64,000 bases of DNA from Sphyrna mokarran (lineage: Eukaryota): the NCBI GenBank assembly GCA_024679065.1, contig JAGIQG010000009.1, positions 102,610,001-102,674,000 of the forward strand, read 5' to 3'. The notes under the pieces are model-generated. The model ran no database searches. It was given only the letters and a program-made list of their open reading frames with translations, and was not told the DNA's origin. Position numbers and translations under genes: made by a program. Below, piece after piece: positions 50,903-64,000 of this stretch; positions within the stretch are counted from its first letter, which is position 1, and every line of letters starts with the position of its first letter.

Positions 50903-52070
50903 TGATGTAGAGATGCCGGCGTTGGACTGGGGTAAACTCAGTAAAGTTTTACAACACCAATTTTAAATCCAACCAATTTATTTGATAGTAAATTCGTGAG
51001 CTTTCGACTTTATAGCCTTCGTCAGGCAAATGCAGTGTTCTGGTCTGCAATAGCACTCATATCCACACAGACAGTTACAGATTGCTGATTAGAATGCGAA
51101 TCCTTACATCTAACCTGCTATTCAAGTGTTAATGTGGCTAACAATGTGTGTGAAGGGAATCCTGAGCATTGGTTAGAGAATTGTGTATTTTCTCCAGACA
51201 GCACAGTAAGTGAGGTTTTTTGCTAACCCAGGCAAGTTACGGGTGTTACAGATAGTGTGACATGAAGCCAAGATCCCTGTTAAGACCGTCCTCATGTGTG
51301 CGGAACTTGGCTATCAGTTTCTGCTCAGCAACTCTGCGCTGTCGTGTGTCATGAAGGCCCCCTTGAAGAACATTTACCCACAGGTTGGAGGCCGAATGCC
51401 CATGACTGCTGAAGTGTTCGCCCACAGGAAGGGAACAGTTTTGCCTGGTGATTGTTGAGCGATGCTCATTCATCCGCTGTCATAGTGTCTGCATGGTCTC
51501 CCCAATGTACCATGCTTAGCATGGTACACTGGGGGGACCATGCATCGCTCAACAATCACCAGGCAAAACAGTTCCCTTCCTGTGGGCGAACACTTCAGCA
51601 GTCATGGGCATTCGGCCTCCGATCTGCGGGTAAATGTTCTTCAAGGGGGCCTTCGTGACACACGACAGCGCAGAGTCGCTGAGCAGAGACTGATAGCCAA
51701 GTTCCACACACATGAGGACGGTCTTAATAGGGATCCTGGCTTCATGACACACTATCTGTAACCCCCGTAACTTGCCTGGGTTAGCAAAAAACCTCACTTA
51801 CTGTGCTGTCTGGAGAAAATACACAATTCTCTAACCAATGCTCAGGAGTCCCTTCACACACATTGTTAGCCACTTTAACACTTGAATAGCAGGTTAGATG
51901 TAAGGATTCGCATTCTAATCAGCAATCTGTAACTGCCTGTGTGGATATGAGTGCCTCTGCAGATCAGAACACTGCATTTGCCTGACGAAGGCTGTAAAGT
52001 CGAAAGCTCGCGGATTTACTGTCAAATAAATTGGTTGGATTTAAAATTGGTGTTGTAAAACTTTACTGAG
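50903..52070. mobile_element. Penelope-like element present as a near-perfect palindrome, with hammerheads at 50992-51031(-) and 51976-52015(+)
   Basis: GIY-YIG C-terminus and pLTR on both arms; centre GTACCATGCT-T-AGCATGGTAC at 51517; TSD-like TAAATCCCAT at 50888-50897 and 52071-52080. Confidence 0.9.
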
Positions 52071-54249
52071 TAAATCCCATAGAACACCCCCCCCCCCTCC
52101 CGTCGATTCCCCCTAATTCATTTTCTTCAACTGCCTATGGGATTCAGGGATCACTGGCTAGGCCAGTATTTATTGCCCATCTCTGAAGGTATTTCAGAGT
52201 CAATCACATTGCTGTGGATCTGGAGTCACATGTAGGCCAGTCTAGGTAAGGACGGCAGATTTCCTTCCCTAAAGGACATTAGTGAATCAGATACATTTTA
52301 ATGAAAATCAGCAATGATTTCATGGTCATCATAATGACTTTTTAAGTCCAGTTTTTTTAAAATTGCATTCAAATTTCACCATCTGGTCTTGTGGGATTCA
52401 TCGGGTCCCCTGAACATTATCCCAGGTCTCTGGATTGCTAATCCAGAGACAATAACACCAAGCCACTGCTTCCCACTCTTGTGCGTGATGAGAATATGGA
52501 ACTCATCACGTGAACTAGTTGAGAGGTAGAGAGAGTTGATACATTGACTTGAATTACAAGATGGCTTTATACCACACAGAATGTTTGTGGAGCTTATTTT
52601 GTGTCCATTTGAGAAAGTTGAACTCATTTTTAGAAATAGAAAACAAAAACCACAGAGGTTTCAGTAATGTTGAGGTCTGTGTATTGATGTCTCAGATAGC
52701 GATGCCCTCCCAGTCCCTGATAAAAGGAAAAATATCACAAGGGCAATACTGGAGGATAGACCAATAAGAAATGGAAGGGAGTGAAATCACATCTTATTGT
52801 GGTTGAACTTGAAGAAGAGTTTCTCCTTGCTAATCTAACAAGAAAACCAAGGTGAAGTTTTGAGATGCATCAGCTTTATAAACAAACAGTTTAATAAAGT
52901 TGGGAAAATGTAGAGTAAAAGCAGTGGGGAGAAGAGGAGAGGTCAATGTTGATTGGAAATAAATCTCTTGTTTTATTGCAGAGATATTGTGTAAAATATT
53001 TCACACATATAACAGTATTTTGAACATTGATTTTTATCGAATTGTAGAGTCATACAATGCAGAAGAGACCATTCGGTCCATCAAGTCTGCACCAACACAT
53101 TAGAAACATGTTAACACCCACCTAATCCCATTTACCAGCACTTGGATAGCCTTGAATGTTATGATGTGCCAAGTGCTCATCCAAGTACTTTTTAAAGGTA
53201 TGAGGCAACCGGCCTCTACTACCCTAACAGGCAGCACATCCCAGATCATCACCACCCTCTGGATAAAAAGGTTTTTCCTCACATTCCCCCTTAAACCTCC
53301 TGCTCTTTACCTTGAACCTACGTCCCCTCATGACTGACCCTTCAATTAAGGGAAACAGCTGATCCTTATCCACTCTGTCCATGTCCCTCAAAATCTTAAA
53401 GTTAAAGTTTATTTATTAGTGTCACAAGTAGGCTTACATTAACACTGCAATGAAGTTACTGTGAAAATCCCTTAGTTGCCACAATCCAACACACTTGTTT
53501 GAGTACACTGAGGGAGAATTTAACATGACCAATGCATCTAATCAGCATGTCTTTTGGACTGTGCAAGGAAACTTGAACACCTGGAGGAAACCCATGCAGA
53601 CACAGGGAGAACATGCAGATTCCACACAGACGGGGACTGAAGCCGAGAACTGAACCTGGGTCCTTAGTGCTGTGAGGCAGCAGTGCTAACCACTGTGGTA
53701 TTCTTGTACATTTTGGCTTTATTGTTATTGCTTGGGTGTTTAACAGTTCCTGTGTCGAGCACAGAAAGAACAATCTGGTCAGGGGGATGTGGATATCTCC
53801 AATACAACCCAGCTGTGATTTTCATTTCAACACATGGAAAATCTGGGAAGTTTCTATCATTTGTGACAATCTCCCTACATAACGGCAGTTCCTACACCTT
53901 GTGAGTGCAGTAAGTTTTTGGGATATGTTGAATTTCGCTGCTGCAGGAAAGATTTTGCCATTAAAAATGAGCCAAGAAGTGGGGATTTCGATCTTTAAAG
54001 GTGAGTTGGTTCACTGAATGGTATGGATTCCTTCTGTTTTGTATCAGATTGGAATTATTATGTGTTATTAAACTATAATCTGATCAAATCCAGATTCACA
54101 AATTCGATTCACTCAAACTCATTCATTAGTGAGATATTCCCTGATTATTAGTGAGAAAGATTACCTGGAGAATGTCATATTAATACTCTCCATTTTCTGG
54201 GAAGGATTTACAAATTAAAATTAATTAAGAATGCTCTAGAAAGTGTCAG

Positions 54250-56715
54250 TATATCGAAGGAGGAAATATTGGGTATCCTAAATTGCATCAAGTAGATAAA
54301 TATCTGGGACCTTAACAGATATCTTCACATCCTCGTTGACCACAGGCAAGGTTTCAGAGGACTGGAGAATAGTCAATGTCATCGTTCCCTTGATTAAGAA
54401 AGGAAGTGGGAATAATCCAGCAAATATTGGGCCGGTGAACCTGACGTTTGTGGTAGGGAACATTTTGGAGAATATATTGAGGGACAGGATATATTTGCAC
54501 ATTTGAAAGAAACTGGACTAGTTAGTGCTGAGCTGCATTGTTTTGTATAGGGAAGGTCATGTCTCACCAACTTGATTGAATTTTTTGAATAGGTGACAAA
54601 GATGATTGATGAGGGAAGGGCTGTGGATGTAGTTTATATGGACACGAGAAAGGCATTTGACAAGGTCCCACGTGGCAGACTAGTACAAAACCTAAATTCA
54701 CATGGGATTTGGTATGGATTAGCTAGATGTATATAGAACTGGCTTGGACATAGACAACAGAAAGTAGCAGTGGAAAGATTTTTTTCAGAATGGAGATCTT
54801 TAGCTAGTTGTGTTCTGCAGGAATCAATGCTGGGACCTCTATTGTTTGCAGTATATTTAAATAACCTAGAGGAAAATGTGGGTGGTCTGATTAGTAATAT
54901 TGTGGATGACAAAAATTGGTGGAGCTGCTGATAGTGCTGGGGATTGTTAGAGAATATACCAGGATAGAGATAGATTGGAGACTTGGGCACAGAAATGGCA
55001 GGTGGTGTTTAATGCAGATAAATGCGAGATAATATATTTTGGAGAATTAAATTTAGGTGGCAATTATACTGTAAACAGCAGAACATTTAGGAACATTAAT
55101 ACACAAAGAGTCTGGGTATGCAGATCCACAGTTCTATAAAAGTGGCAACACAAATGGCCAAGATGATTAAGAAGACATACAGCATTCTTACCTTCACCCA
55201 CTGGGGCGTTGCACACAAAAGTTGGCAAATAGCCTTTATAGTCTTATCTATAAAGAGAGGTTGGATAAACTTAATTTATTCTCACTGGAAAGATGGAGGT
55301 TGAAGGGTGATCTGATAGAGTTTTAAAAAATTATAAGGGGCATGGACAGGGTGGATAATCAGATACTGTTTCCTAGAGCAGAAAAGTCAATTAAAGAACA
55401 AAGAACAAAAAACAAAACAGCATGGGAAACAGACCCTTCGGCCCAATGAGCCCGTGCCGCCACCCCGATGTTCCCACTTCTACACGCGATCCCTGTCTAT
55501 GTTTATAGATCTATGGATTAAAAACCAAATTTGAGACAATTTAGGGAGAATTTGTTTTGCCAATTAGCCTAAGAGCACATCTTTGGGATGTGGGAGGAAA
55601 CCCGGAGCACCCGGAGAAAACCCACGCAAGCACAGGGAGAATGCGCAAACTCCCACAGACACAGGCCCAAATCCATGTATCTGCACAGCACAGCGATAGT
55701 CACTGAGCTGTCGTGTTGCCCATCAAATGGTCCAGGTCAAGCGTACACTAACAACGTGAAGCACTAGGATACTCTCAAAAAAATCCAAGAGCAGCCCTCT
55801 CACGACCCATCGCGTGTATGCCCCTCGTTAGACAACAAGGTGGACCAAAGCACCTGTAAGATAAAAACAAGTACATCAATAATAAAAACAAGTACATCAA
55901 TAAGGGACATTAGTTTATGCTGCATGGGGAAAAGTTTAAAGGCAAATTTTTTACATAAAGCATGGTGAATTTCTGGAATGCCTGGAGAGGTAATGGGAGC
56001 AGGTATGATGATGGCATTTAAGGAGCAACTAAAATATTACATGATTAGGATGGGAATGGAAGGATATGTTCTCCATAAGCGCAGTTTGGAGAGCTGAAAG
56101 GCCTATTTCTGTCCCGTAGTGCTCTTTGTTCTTTGTAAATCATGTTGCAGCTATATAAAATGTTGGTTAGGCTGCATTTAGAGTTTTGTGTGCAATTCTG
56201 GTCACCACACTACCAGAAGGACGTGGAAGCCTTGGACAGAGTGCAAAGAAGTTTCATCAGACTATTGCCTGCTCTCGAGGGTGTTGGTTATGAGGAGGGT
56301 TGAATAAACTGAGATTGTTTTCTCCAGAAAGACAGAGGCTGAGGGGAGATCTAACAGAGGTGTACAAAATTATGAGAGGCATAGACAGGGTGGAAAGTCA
56401 GAGATATTTCTTCCAAGGTGGAAGTATCATTTGTAAGGGGCACAGGTTCAATGTGAGGGGAAAGTTTAAGGGAGATATGCGGGGTTAAGTTTTTCAAGCA
56501 GGGAATGATGGGTGCCTAGAATATGCTGCCAGAGGAGATGGTGGAAGTAGGCAGTTCAGCAACATTTTGAGAGCCATCTGGAAATAGGGAGGAAATAGAG
56601 GGATATGGACAGAGTAAGGGAGGAAGTTTTTTTTTCGGTTTAGATGGGGCAGCATAGTCGGTGCAGACTTGGAGGGCTGAACGGCCTGTTCCCGTGCTGT
56701 ACTTTTCTTTGTTCT
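54250..56715 (+). mobile_element. Degraded CR1 ORF2 relics (two copies), the first interrupted by the 55393-55900 insertion
   Basis: Decayed SCLTNLIEFF, KAFDKV and ERQRLRGDL motifs plus CR1 tails. Confidence 0.75.
55393..55900 (-). mobile_element. 3' UTR-only copy of the composite-UTR CR1 family (cassette, V-domain and tail)
   Basis: Highly similar to 26432-26917; the 5' end lies at the branch/polypyrimidine tract, with a 20-bp tandem duplication ATTGATGTACTTGTTTTTAT. Confidence 0.85.
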
Positions 56716-57097
56716 AAGCACTTAGCAAGTGATTAAGATTTGGAAAGTGCTGTTTGAGAGTTTAACAGAGACAGGTTCAATCCAGATATTCAGGAAGGAA
56801 TTGAATTGGGTTGTATGAAGAAAAAATATGCAGAGTCACCCCGGAGGTGGGTTGGGGGTGGAGGGAATAGTATCGCTCATTAGAAGAGCTAGTCTAGGAA
56901 CGATGAACGGAATGGTCTTCTGCACGGGTACATTCCAATGAGATTTCCGTGTTTACAAAGGCACTTCCTGATTTTTTTTTCGTCACAACAATCTCAAATT
57001 TCGAGGCGGGGCTGAAACAGTCAAAGAAGGTTTTGTCAGGGGTGGAAAATAATATGTTGTAAAAGTGAAGCTTGTCTTGGATTTTGCGGGAAGCTAG

Positions 57098-57191
57098 ATG
57101 AATTATCGATTTACTTTTTACTTTCTGCCCTTCATCCTTCTGCTGTTGCAAGATCTCGGCGTCCTCAGTTCCCGCTCTGTCAATGAAACAG
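57098..57191 (+). CDS. Leader (signal peptide) exon of a downstream gene: MNYRFTFYFLPFILLLLQDLGVLSSRSVNET
   Basis: Hydrophobic core and phase-1 donor CAG|GTACTT; upstream GC box GAGGCGGGGC (~57003) and ETS-like CACTTCCTG (~56962); the rest of the gene is not in the window. Confidence 0.6.
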
Positions 57192-59402
57192 GTACTTTAC
57201 TGACTGGGGCAGGGAATGAAGTTAACGCTGGTTTGTTCTTTGTACAGTCTTTTGCGGGGGAGTGGGCAGTGAAGGTGAACTAAGCCAGGGGTCGGGAATG
57301 CAGAGAGAGGTCAGGACAGGGAGTGTTTTGTTGTGAAATTCGATGCTCAGAGCTGATGTTACTCTTAAGCTAAAAGGGCTTTAAACTGGTATATCTGGCC
57401 ACCTGATCCCATGTTGTTGGCACAGTTATTATTTGTAAACACGTGGGCCGGATCACCCGCAGCTATACCTGACCTAGGGCAGATTTACACCGACTATACT
57501 TACCCTCCCACTCTTTCCTCAATACTAAATTATCAGCCTGCTCATGTGCATGAACAGAAATTTCTTCCAGCTAAATATAGGGGAGAAAGGTAGCAGTTTT
57601 CGATCCCAGTTACTGACTCTCTCTCTCCCTGACAACAGTCTGAAGCTAAACTAGACTGTCTGCAGTCTTGGTGTAACATTTGGCTGTGAAGAGAGTTTAT
57701 CAGTATCATCATTGGGGCTCTCTACCTCCAGCTCCACAATATTGCCGGATTCCACTCCTGTCTCTGCTGCTGAAGTTTAAAGCTTATTTATTATTGTTAC
57801 AAGTAGGCTCACATGGCAAAACAACCTACTTATCATTTCCTAGAATTGGGTGTGTGAGGTTTGCGAGCATGCTGTTTTTCATTTTACCAAATCATCCAAA
57901 AAGGTTTGATAATGGATTGTTTATAGCAGTTAGCACTGCTGGCTCACAGCAACAGAGAGCTGTGTTTTATTCCTGTTTTGTGTCACCAAGGTCTGTGTTC
58001 TCCCCCGTGTTTGTGTGGGGTTTCCTTTGGGTGCTCCGGTTTCCTTTCTCAGCCTAATATGGGTTTGGTGCATCCACTATGCTAAAATTTTTCCTCAGTG
58101 TATCCAAACAGGTGCCGGAGTGTGGCGACTGGGGGATTTTCATAGTAAATTCATTGCGGTGTAAATGTATTAATGAGATTATAAATGAGATTAATAAATA
58201 ATATTTTAAAAAATTAACACTGCAATGAAATTACTGTGAAAACCCCCTAATCACCACACTCTGGTGTCTGTTCAGGTAGACTGAAGGAGAATTTAGCGCA
58301 GCCGACGCACCTAACCGGCATGTCTTTCAGATTGTGGGAGGAAACCGGAGCACCCGGAGGAAACCAGCGCAGACACGGGGAGAACCTGCAGGCTTTGCAC
58401 AAGACAAGTGATCCAAGTCGGGAATCGAACCCTGGTTCTGTGAAACAGCAGTGCTAACAACTGTACTATCATTGCCACCTTAGGTGGTTTATGGTTTAGA
58501 GAGGTGGTGAATTGCGAGAGTGGTATGGGTTGTTGTTCAGGAGATAAGTTGGGTGCTAGTGAGAGTTTGACCGGGGTGGAATGTTCAAGAGGAGTTGAGA
58601 CATGTGTGATGAAAACGGACATGTTTTGGGATGAGTTCAGGGGGTTTCCAGAATGAGAGAAAGATGTTGACGAGGGTTGGGGGAAGCTTAAGTACCGTGT
58701 ATTTGTGTGGTGTGTGTGTGTTTGCGTGCGTGTGTTGCACACGTGTGTGTGAGTGGTGGATGTGTGACATGCATGTGTGCATGGCATGTTGTCTGTTCAA
58801 GATTTCATTAATAATTAGGACAACTGGACTAGCAGGTCAAAGACAGGTCAGAGGCTGGGAATCCTGCGGCGAGTAACTCATCTCCTGACTCTCCAAAGCC
58901 TGTTCACCATCTGCAAGGCACAAGTCAGTAGTGTGTTGGATGGATGAGTGCAGCTGGAACAACATTCAAGGAACTTAGCACTATCCCAGAAAAGCAGCCT
59001 GCTTGATTGGCAGCAGTAAACGTTCAGTCCCTCCACTACAGCGCAGTGTGTACCATCTCAGTTTAAGTTTATTAATTTATGTCACAAGTAGGCTGCAGTA
59101 AAGTTACTGTGGAAATCCCCTAGTCATCATACTCCAGCTGTTTAAGTACACCGAGGGAGAATTTACAACGGCCAACACATCTAACCAGCATGTCTTTTGA
59201 ACTGTGGGAGAAAACCAGGACACCCGGAGGAAACCCATGCAAACATGGGGAGAATGTGCAGACTCTGCACCCAAGCTGGGGATCGAAATTGGGTCCCTCG
59301 TGCTTGTGAGGCAGTAGTGCTAACCACTGTGGCACTGTGCCACCTACCTATAACATGCACTGCAGGAACTCAGCGAGGTTTCTTAGATAGCATCTTCTAA
59401 AC

Positions 59403-62400
59403 TTGTTCCCTTGGAGCAGCACGGAGAGGCAGCGATTTGGGAAAGCGTGAAGTTCGAGTGTTAAGTACTTTTTTAACTTTTCTCTTTGTTTAAAATAGCG
59501 AGCGGGGGTAGTTTTTGCCGTTTTTATTTTAAACTAACAAGAAACCGGAAGTCGTCATTAGGAGGCTGCCGGGAGTTGTAGTTTTCTCTGTCTCTATAAA
59601 TTGGTCCAGAGAGGACCAATCCGAGAGGTTGAGGAGGATATTGGCAGGAGTGACAAAGAGATAGTCACTCCTAAAAGTGATTCGTGGGTAACTATTAGGA
59701 GGAGGGGTAAGAAGCAATTGGGTAGACAATCCCCTGGGGCTGTTCCCCTCCAAAACAAATTTTCTGTCTTGGAGGCTACAGTTGAGGAAGAATCAACTGG
59801 AGATGACCAAAGGGAGCAGGTCTCTGGGGGTGAGCCTGCTGAGAATGCTCAGGTGGGTAGGGAGAATAAGAGATTGGGCTTAGTAATTGGAGACTCCACA
59901 GTTAGAGGGACAGATAGGAGAGTAAGTAGTAATAAAAGTGACTCAGGGCTGGTGTGTTGCCTCCCAGGGGCTGGAGTCCAGGATGTCGCAGATCGGGCTT
60001 TTAAGGTTCTTAAGGGAGAGGGGAGTCAACCCCAAGTCATAGTTCATGTAGGGACACATGATATAGGAAGGACGAGGGAAGGGGATATTAAACAGAAATT
60101 TATGGAGTTGGGGTGGAAGCTTAGGGCCAAAACTGGCAGAGTGGTTATCTCTGGACTCTTGCCTGTGCCAAGGGATAGTTTAGAGAAGAAGAGAGAGAGG
60201 GAATGTTTGAACTCGTGGCTGCGGGGATGGTGCAGGAGGGAGGGGTTCAGGTTCCTGAACAATTGGGACTCCTTCTGGGATAGGTGGGACCTCTACAAGA
60301 GAGATGGTCTACACCTGAACCAGAGGGGAACTAATATCTTGGGGGGAAAATTTGCTAAGGCTATGCAGGGGGCTTTAAACTGATCCGGGGGGGGGTAGGA
60401 TCCTGAATAGTTGGGGTGCTAAGAGGGATGAGAGTAAGGGGGTCATAGAGGAAAGCTGTAAAACACAGCAGCATACGGGTGGGGTAGGGCATGGTTTGAA
60501 ATGCGTATACTTTAATGCAAGGAGTATTCGCAATAAGGGGAGGAACTTGCAGCTTGGACCAGTACCTGGAACTTCGATGTTGTGGCCATTTCAGAGACTT
60601 GGGTAGAGCAGGGACAAGAATGGATGTTGCAGGTTCCAGGGTTCAAATGCTCTAGTCGGAGTAGAGAAGGAGGTAGAAGTGGGGGAGGAGTGGCATTATT
60701 AGTCAAAGACTGTATCACAGTGACAGAGAAGAAGTTTGATGAGGACTTGTCTGTTGAGGTAGTATGGGGTGAGATTAGAAACAGGAAAGGAGAGGTCACC
60801 CTGTTGGGAGTCTTTTATAGACCTCCTAAAAGTTCTAGAGAGGTTGACGAAAGGATTGCCAAGTCAATTCTGTTCAGGAGTGAAAGTAATAGGGTAATTG
60901 TTATGGGGGACTTTAACTTTACTAATATTGATTGGAATAGCTATAGCTCTAGCTTGTTAGAGGGGTCAGTTTTTGTACAAAGTGTGCAGGAAGGTTTTTG
61001 ACTCAGTATGTAGATAGGCCAACTAGAGGTGAGGCTACATTGGATTTGGTGCTGGGCAATGAGCCAGACCAGGTGTTAGGCTTGGAAGCTGGTGAACATT
61101 TTGGTGATAGTGACCACAATTCGGTTACATTCACCTTAGTGATGGATAGGGATAGGCATGAAGCTGGAGGCAGTAGTTATAGCTGGGGGAAGGGTAATTA
61201 TGAGGCCATAAGGAGAGAATTAGGGTGCATAGGTTGGACTAAAACTACAGGGACTGGGAACATCTGAAATGTGGAGCTTATTCAAGGAGCAGCTGCTGCG
61301 AGTCCTTGATAAGTATGTCCCTGGCAGGCAAGGAGGAAATGGTCGAGTAAGAGAACCTTGGTGTACGAAAAAAGTTGATTTGCTGGTTAAAAGGAAAAAG
61401 GAGGCTTATGTCAGGATGAGGCTTGAAGGTTCGGTTAGTGCAATGGATAGCTATAGATTAGCCAGGAGGGAGCTAAAGAGTGAATTGAGGAGAGCTAAGA
61501 GAGGACACGAGAAGACTTTGGCTGATAGGATTAAGGAGAATCCAAAAGCTTTCTTTAGATATGTTAAGAATAGAAGATTGGTTAGGGCAAGATTAGGGCC
61601 AGTCATAGACAGCAGTGGGAAGTTGTGCGTGGAGCCTGAAGAGATTGGAGAGGCACTGAATAAATATTTCTCTTCGATATTCAGGCAGGGTGATGTAAAT
61701 GTAGTTATGGAGAACACTGAGGTACAGGGTAGCAAACTGGAAAGTATCGAAGTAGATAGGGAGGATGTGCTAGATATTCTCGAGGGTTTGAAGTTGGATA
61801 AGTCCCCTGGGCCGGACGGGATTTACCCTAGGATGCTCTGGGAGGCAAGAGAGGAGATTGCAGAGCCTCTGGCTCTGATCTTCAGGTCCTCGTTGGTTAC
61901 GGGTGTGGTTCGGAGGACTGGAGGATAGCGAATGTGGTCCCATTGTTTAAGAAGGGGAAGAGAGACCTTCCAGGGAATTATAGGCCAGTGAGTTTTACTT
62001 CTGTTGTGGGCAAGGTATTGGAGAGAATTATTAGGGATAGGATTTATAGTTATTTAGAGAGAAATGAATTGATTGGGGATAGTCAGCATGGTTTCGTGAA
62101 GGGTAGGTCATGCCTTACTAACCTCATTGAGTTTTTTGAGAAAGTGACCAGAGAGGTGGATGGGGGGTAAGGCGGTTGATGTAGTATATATGGACTTTAG
62201 TAAGGCGTTTGATAAGGTGGCCCATGGAAGACTTCTACAGAAAATGCAGATGTGTGGAATAGAGGGTGATTTAGCTAATTGGATAGGAATTGGCTGGCAG
62301 ATAGAAGACAGAGGGTGGTGGTTGATGGGAGATATTCATCGTGGAGTTCGGTGACAAGTGGTGTGCCTCAGGGGTCTGTTTTGGGCCCCTGCTGTTTGTA

Positions 62401-63345
62401 ATTTTTATAAATGATCTGGATGAGGGTATTGAGGGATGGATCAGTAAATTTGCAGATGACACTAAAGTCGGTGGAGTGGTAGATAGTGAAGAGGGTGTTA
62501 TAGTTTGCAGAGGGACTTGGACAAGTTGCAGAGCTGGGCCGAGAGGTGGCAAATGGAGTTTAATGTGGAAAAGTGTGAGGTAATGCACTATGGCAGAACT
62601 AATAAATGTGTAGAGTATAGGGCAAATGGTAGGATTCTTAGTAGTCTAGATGAACAGAGGGATCTTGGTGTGTATGTGCATCGATCCCTGAAAGTAGGCA
62701 GTCAGGTCGAGAAGGTTGTTAAGAAGGCATATGGAGTCTTAGCTTTTATTGGTAGGGGGATTGAATTTCAGAGCCGCAACGTCATGTTGCAACTGTACAA
62801 AAACCTAGTGCGGCCGCACTTGGAGTATTGTGTGCAGTTCTGGTCCCCACAGTATAAGAAAGATGTGGAGGCATTGGAGAGGGTACAGAGGAGGTTTACC
62901 AGGATGTTGCCTGGTATGGAGGGCAGGTCTTATGAAGAGAGGCTGAGGGATTTGAGGTTGTTTTCATTAGAAAGGAGGCGGCTAAGAGGGGAACTAATCG
63001 AAACATATAAGATGATTAGAGGTTTAGATAGGGTGGACAGTGATAGCCTCTTTCCTAGGATGGAGAAAGCTAGCACGAGGGGACACAGCTTTAAATTAAG
63101 GGGTGATAGTTATAGGACGGATATCAGAGGTAGGTTCTTTACCCAAAGGGTGGTTCGGAAGTGGAATGCCCTGCCTGCGGAGGTTGTAGATGCGCCAAGT
63201 TTGGTGGCGTTTAAGAGGTTAGTTGATAAGTATTTGGAAGAGAAGGGAACGGTTTAGTTTGGAGGGGCATTGCTTTTTATATTGGTCGGTGCAACATCGA
63301 AGGCCGAAGGGCCTGTTCTGTGCTGTAATGTTCTATGTTCTATGC
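59403..63345 (+). mobile_element. Near-full-length CR1 LINE with disrupted ORFs
   Basis: ORF1 SGNH/esterase domain (IGDS, LPGA, HVGTHD, DGLHL; 59601-60383) and ORF2 APE plus RT in several frames, CR1 tail; TSD-like TCTAAAC at 59396-59402 and 63346-63352. Confidence 0.93.
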
Positions 63346-64000
63346 TCTAAACCCATGTTTCTTCCCTCAGTCAAAATCCTGAAACTCCCACGCTAATAGC
63401 ACTATGGGTGTACCTACACCAAATGGACTGCATCAGTGCAAGAAGGCCATAGACCACCACCTTCTCAGGGAAATTAGGGGTGGGCAATAAATACTGGCCT
63501 AGTCAGTATTGTCCACATCCCATTACTGAATTAAGTAAATCATAATGACTTGTTGCATAAACTTCAGCATGTTATAAACCAAAATATGATATAATTGATA
63601 TCTCTGCATAACTTAAGACAATGATTAGATTGTGAAAGTTTAACCACTTTATCTTGTTCCAATTTGCTTAATCACATTACTTAACAACCACTCCTAACAA
63701 TCGCGTTTTGACATTTTCCACAATAAATTGTCATTCTTTGCAACATAGTCTTGGTAATAAAAGAAAAATAACAACATAAAAAGTTCATAAAAAATTATTG
63801 AACATTGTGTGGGTTTTCTTCTGACACCCTTTCCTCAACAACTTGTATTTATGCAGCAACTTAATGTGGTAGAACTTCACAAATTGTTTCCTCTGATTAT
63901 TGTCTTAACAGTAAGCTGTAACCAGAGATATTGTAACAAAGAAACTAGAAGCAAGAGTAGGCCATTCAGCCCCAATTGCTCTGCAATTAATTTTGATCAT

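Noticed and set aside
1-64000. CRISPR arrays, operons or prokaryotic defence systems
   Set aside because: The sequence is intron-rich vertebrate-type DNA; recurring motifs are dispersed SINE/LINE copies, not regularly spaced repeat-spacer arrays.

Overview
Eukaryotic, repeat-dense genomic DNA, most likely from a cartilaginous fish. This is inferred from abundant HE1/V-SINE-type SINEs, CR1 and Rex1 LINE relics, and a shark-type RING-B-box-coiled-coil-B30.2 TRIM. Host genes: (1) A + strand multi-exon gene (902 to ~38126) assembled by hand from phase-1 exons: signal peptide, CD2/SLAM/CEACAM-type IgV, IgC2, five predicted transmembrane exons and a short tail. This resembles a CD47-like 5-TM receptor with two Ig domains. 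(2) A decayed - strand TRIM pseudogene (~42950-50280). (3) The leader exon of a further gene at 57098. Mobile DNA includes a 5'-truncated R2-clade retrotransposon (3 zinc fingers, Myb, RT, RLE) inserted outside rDNA, a full-length RTE LINE, two palindromic Penelope-like insertions with minimal hammerhead ribozymes, a near-full-length CR1, and many fragments. The most unexpected signal is a ~330-nt non-coding cassette shared by the 3' UTRs of two unrelated LINE clades (the R2 element and a CR1 family). It comprises a branch point and 3' splice acceptor, a covarying multi-stem RNA structure, and a promoter-degenerate tRNA-head/V-SINE domain. All exon and structure calls were made by eye and most repeat boundaries are approximate.
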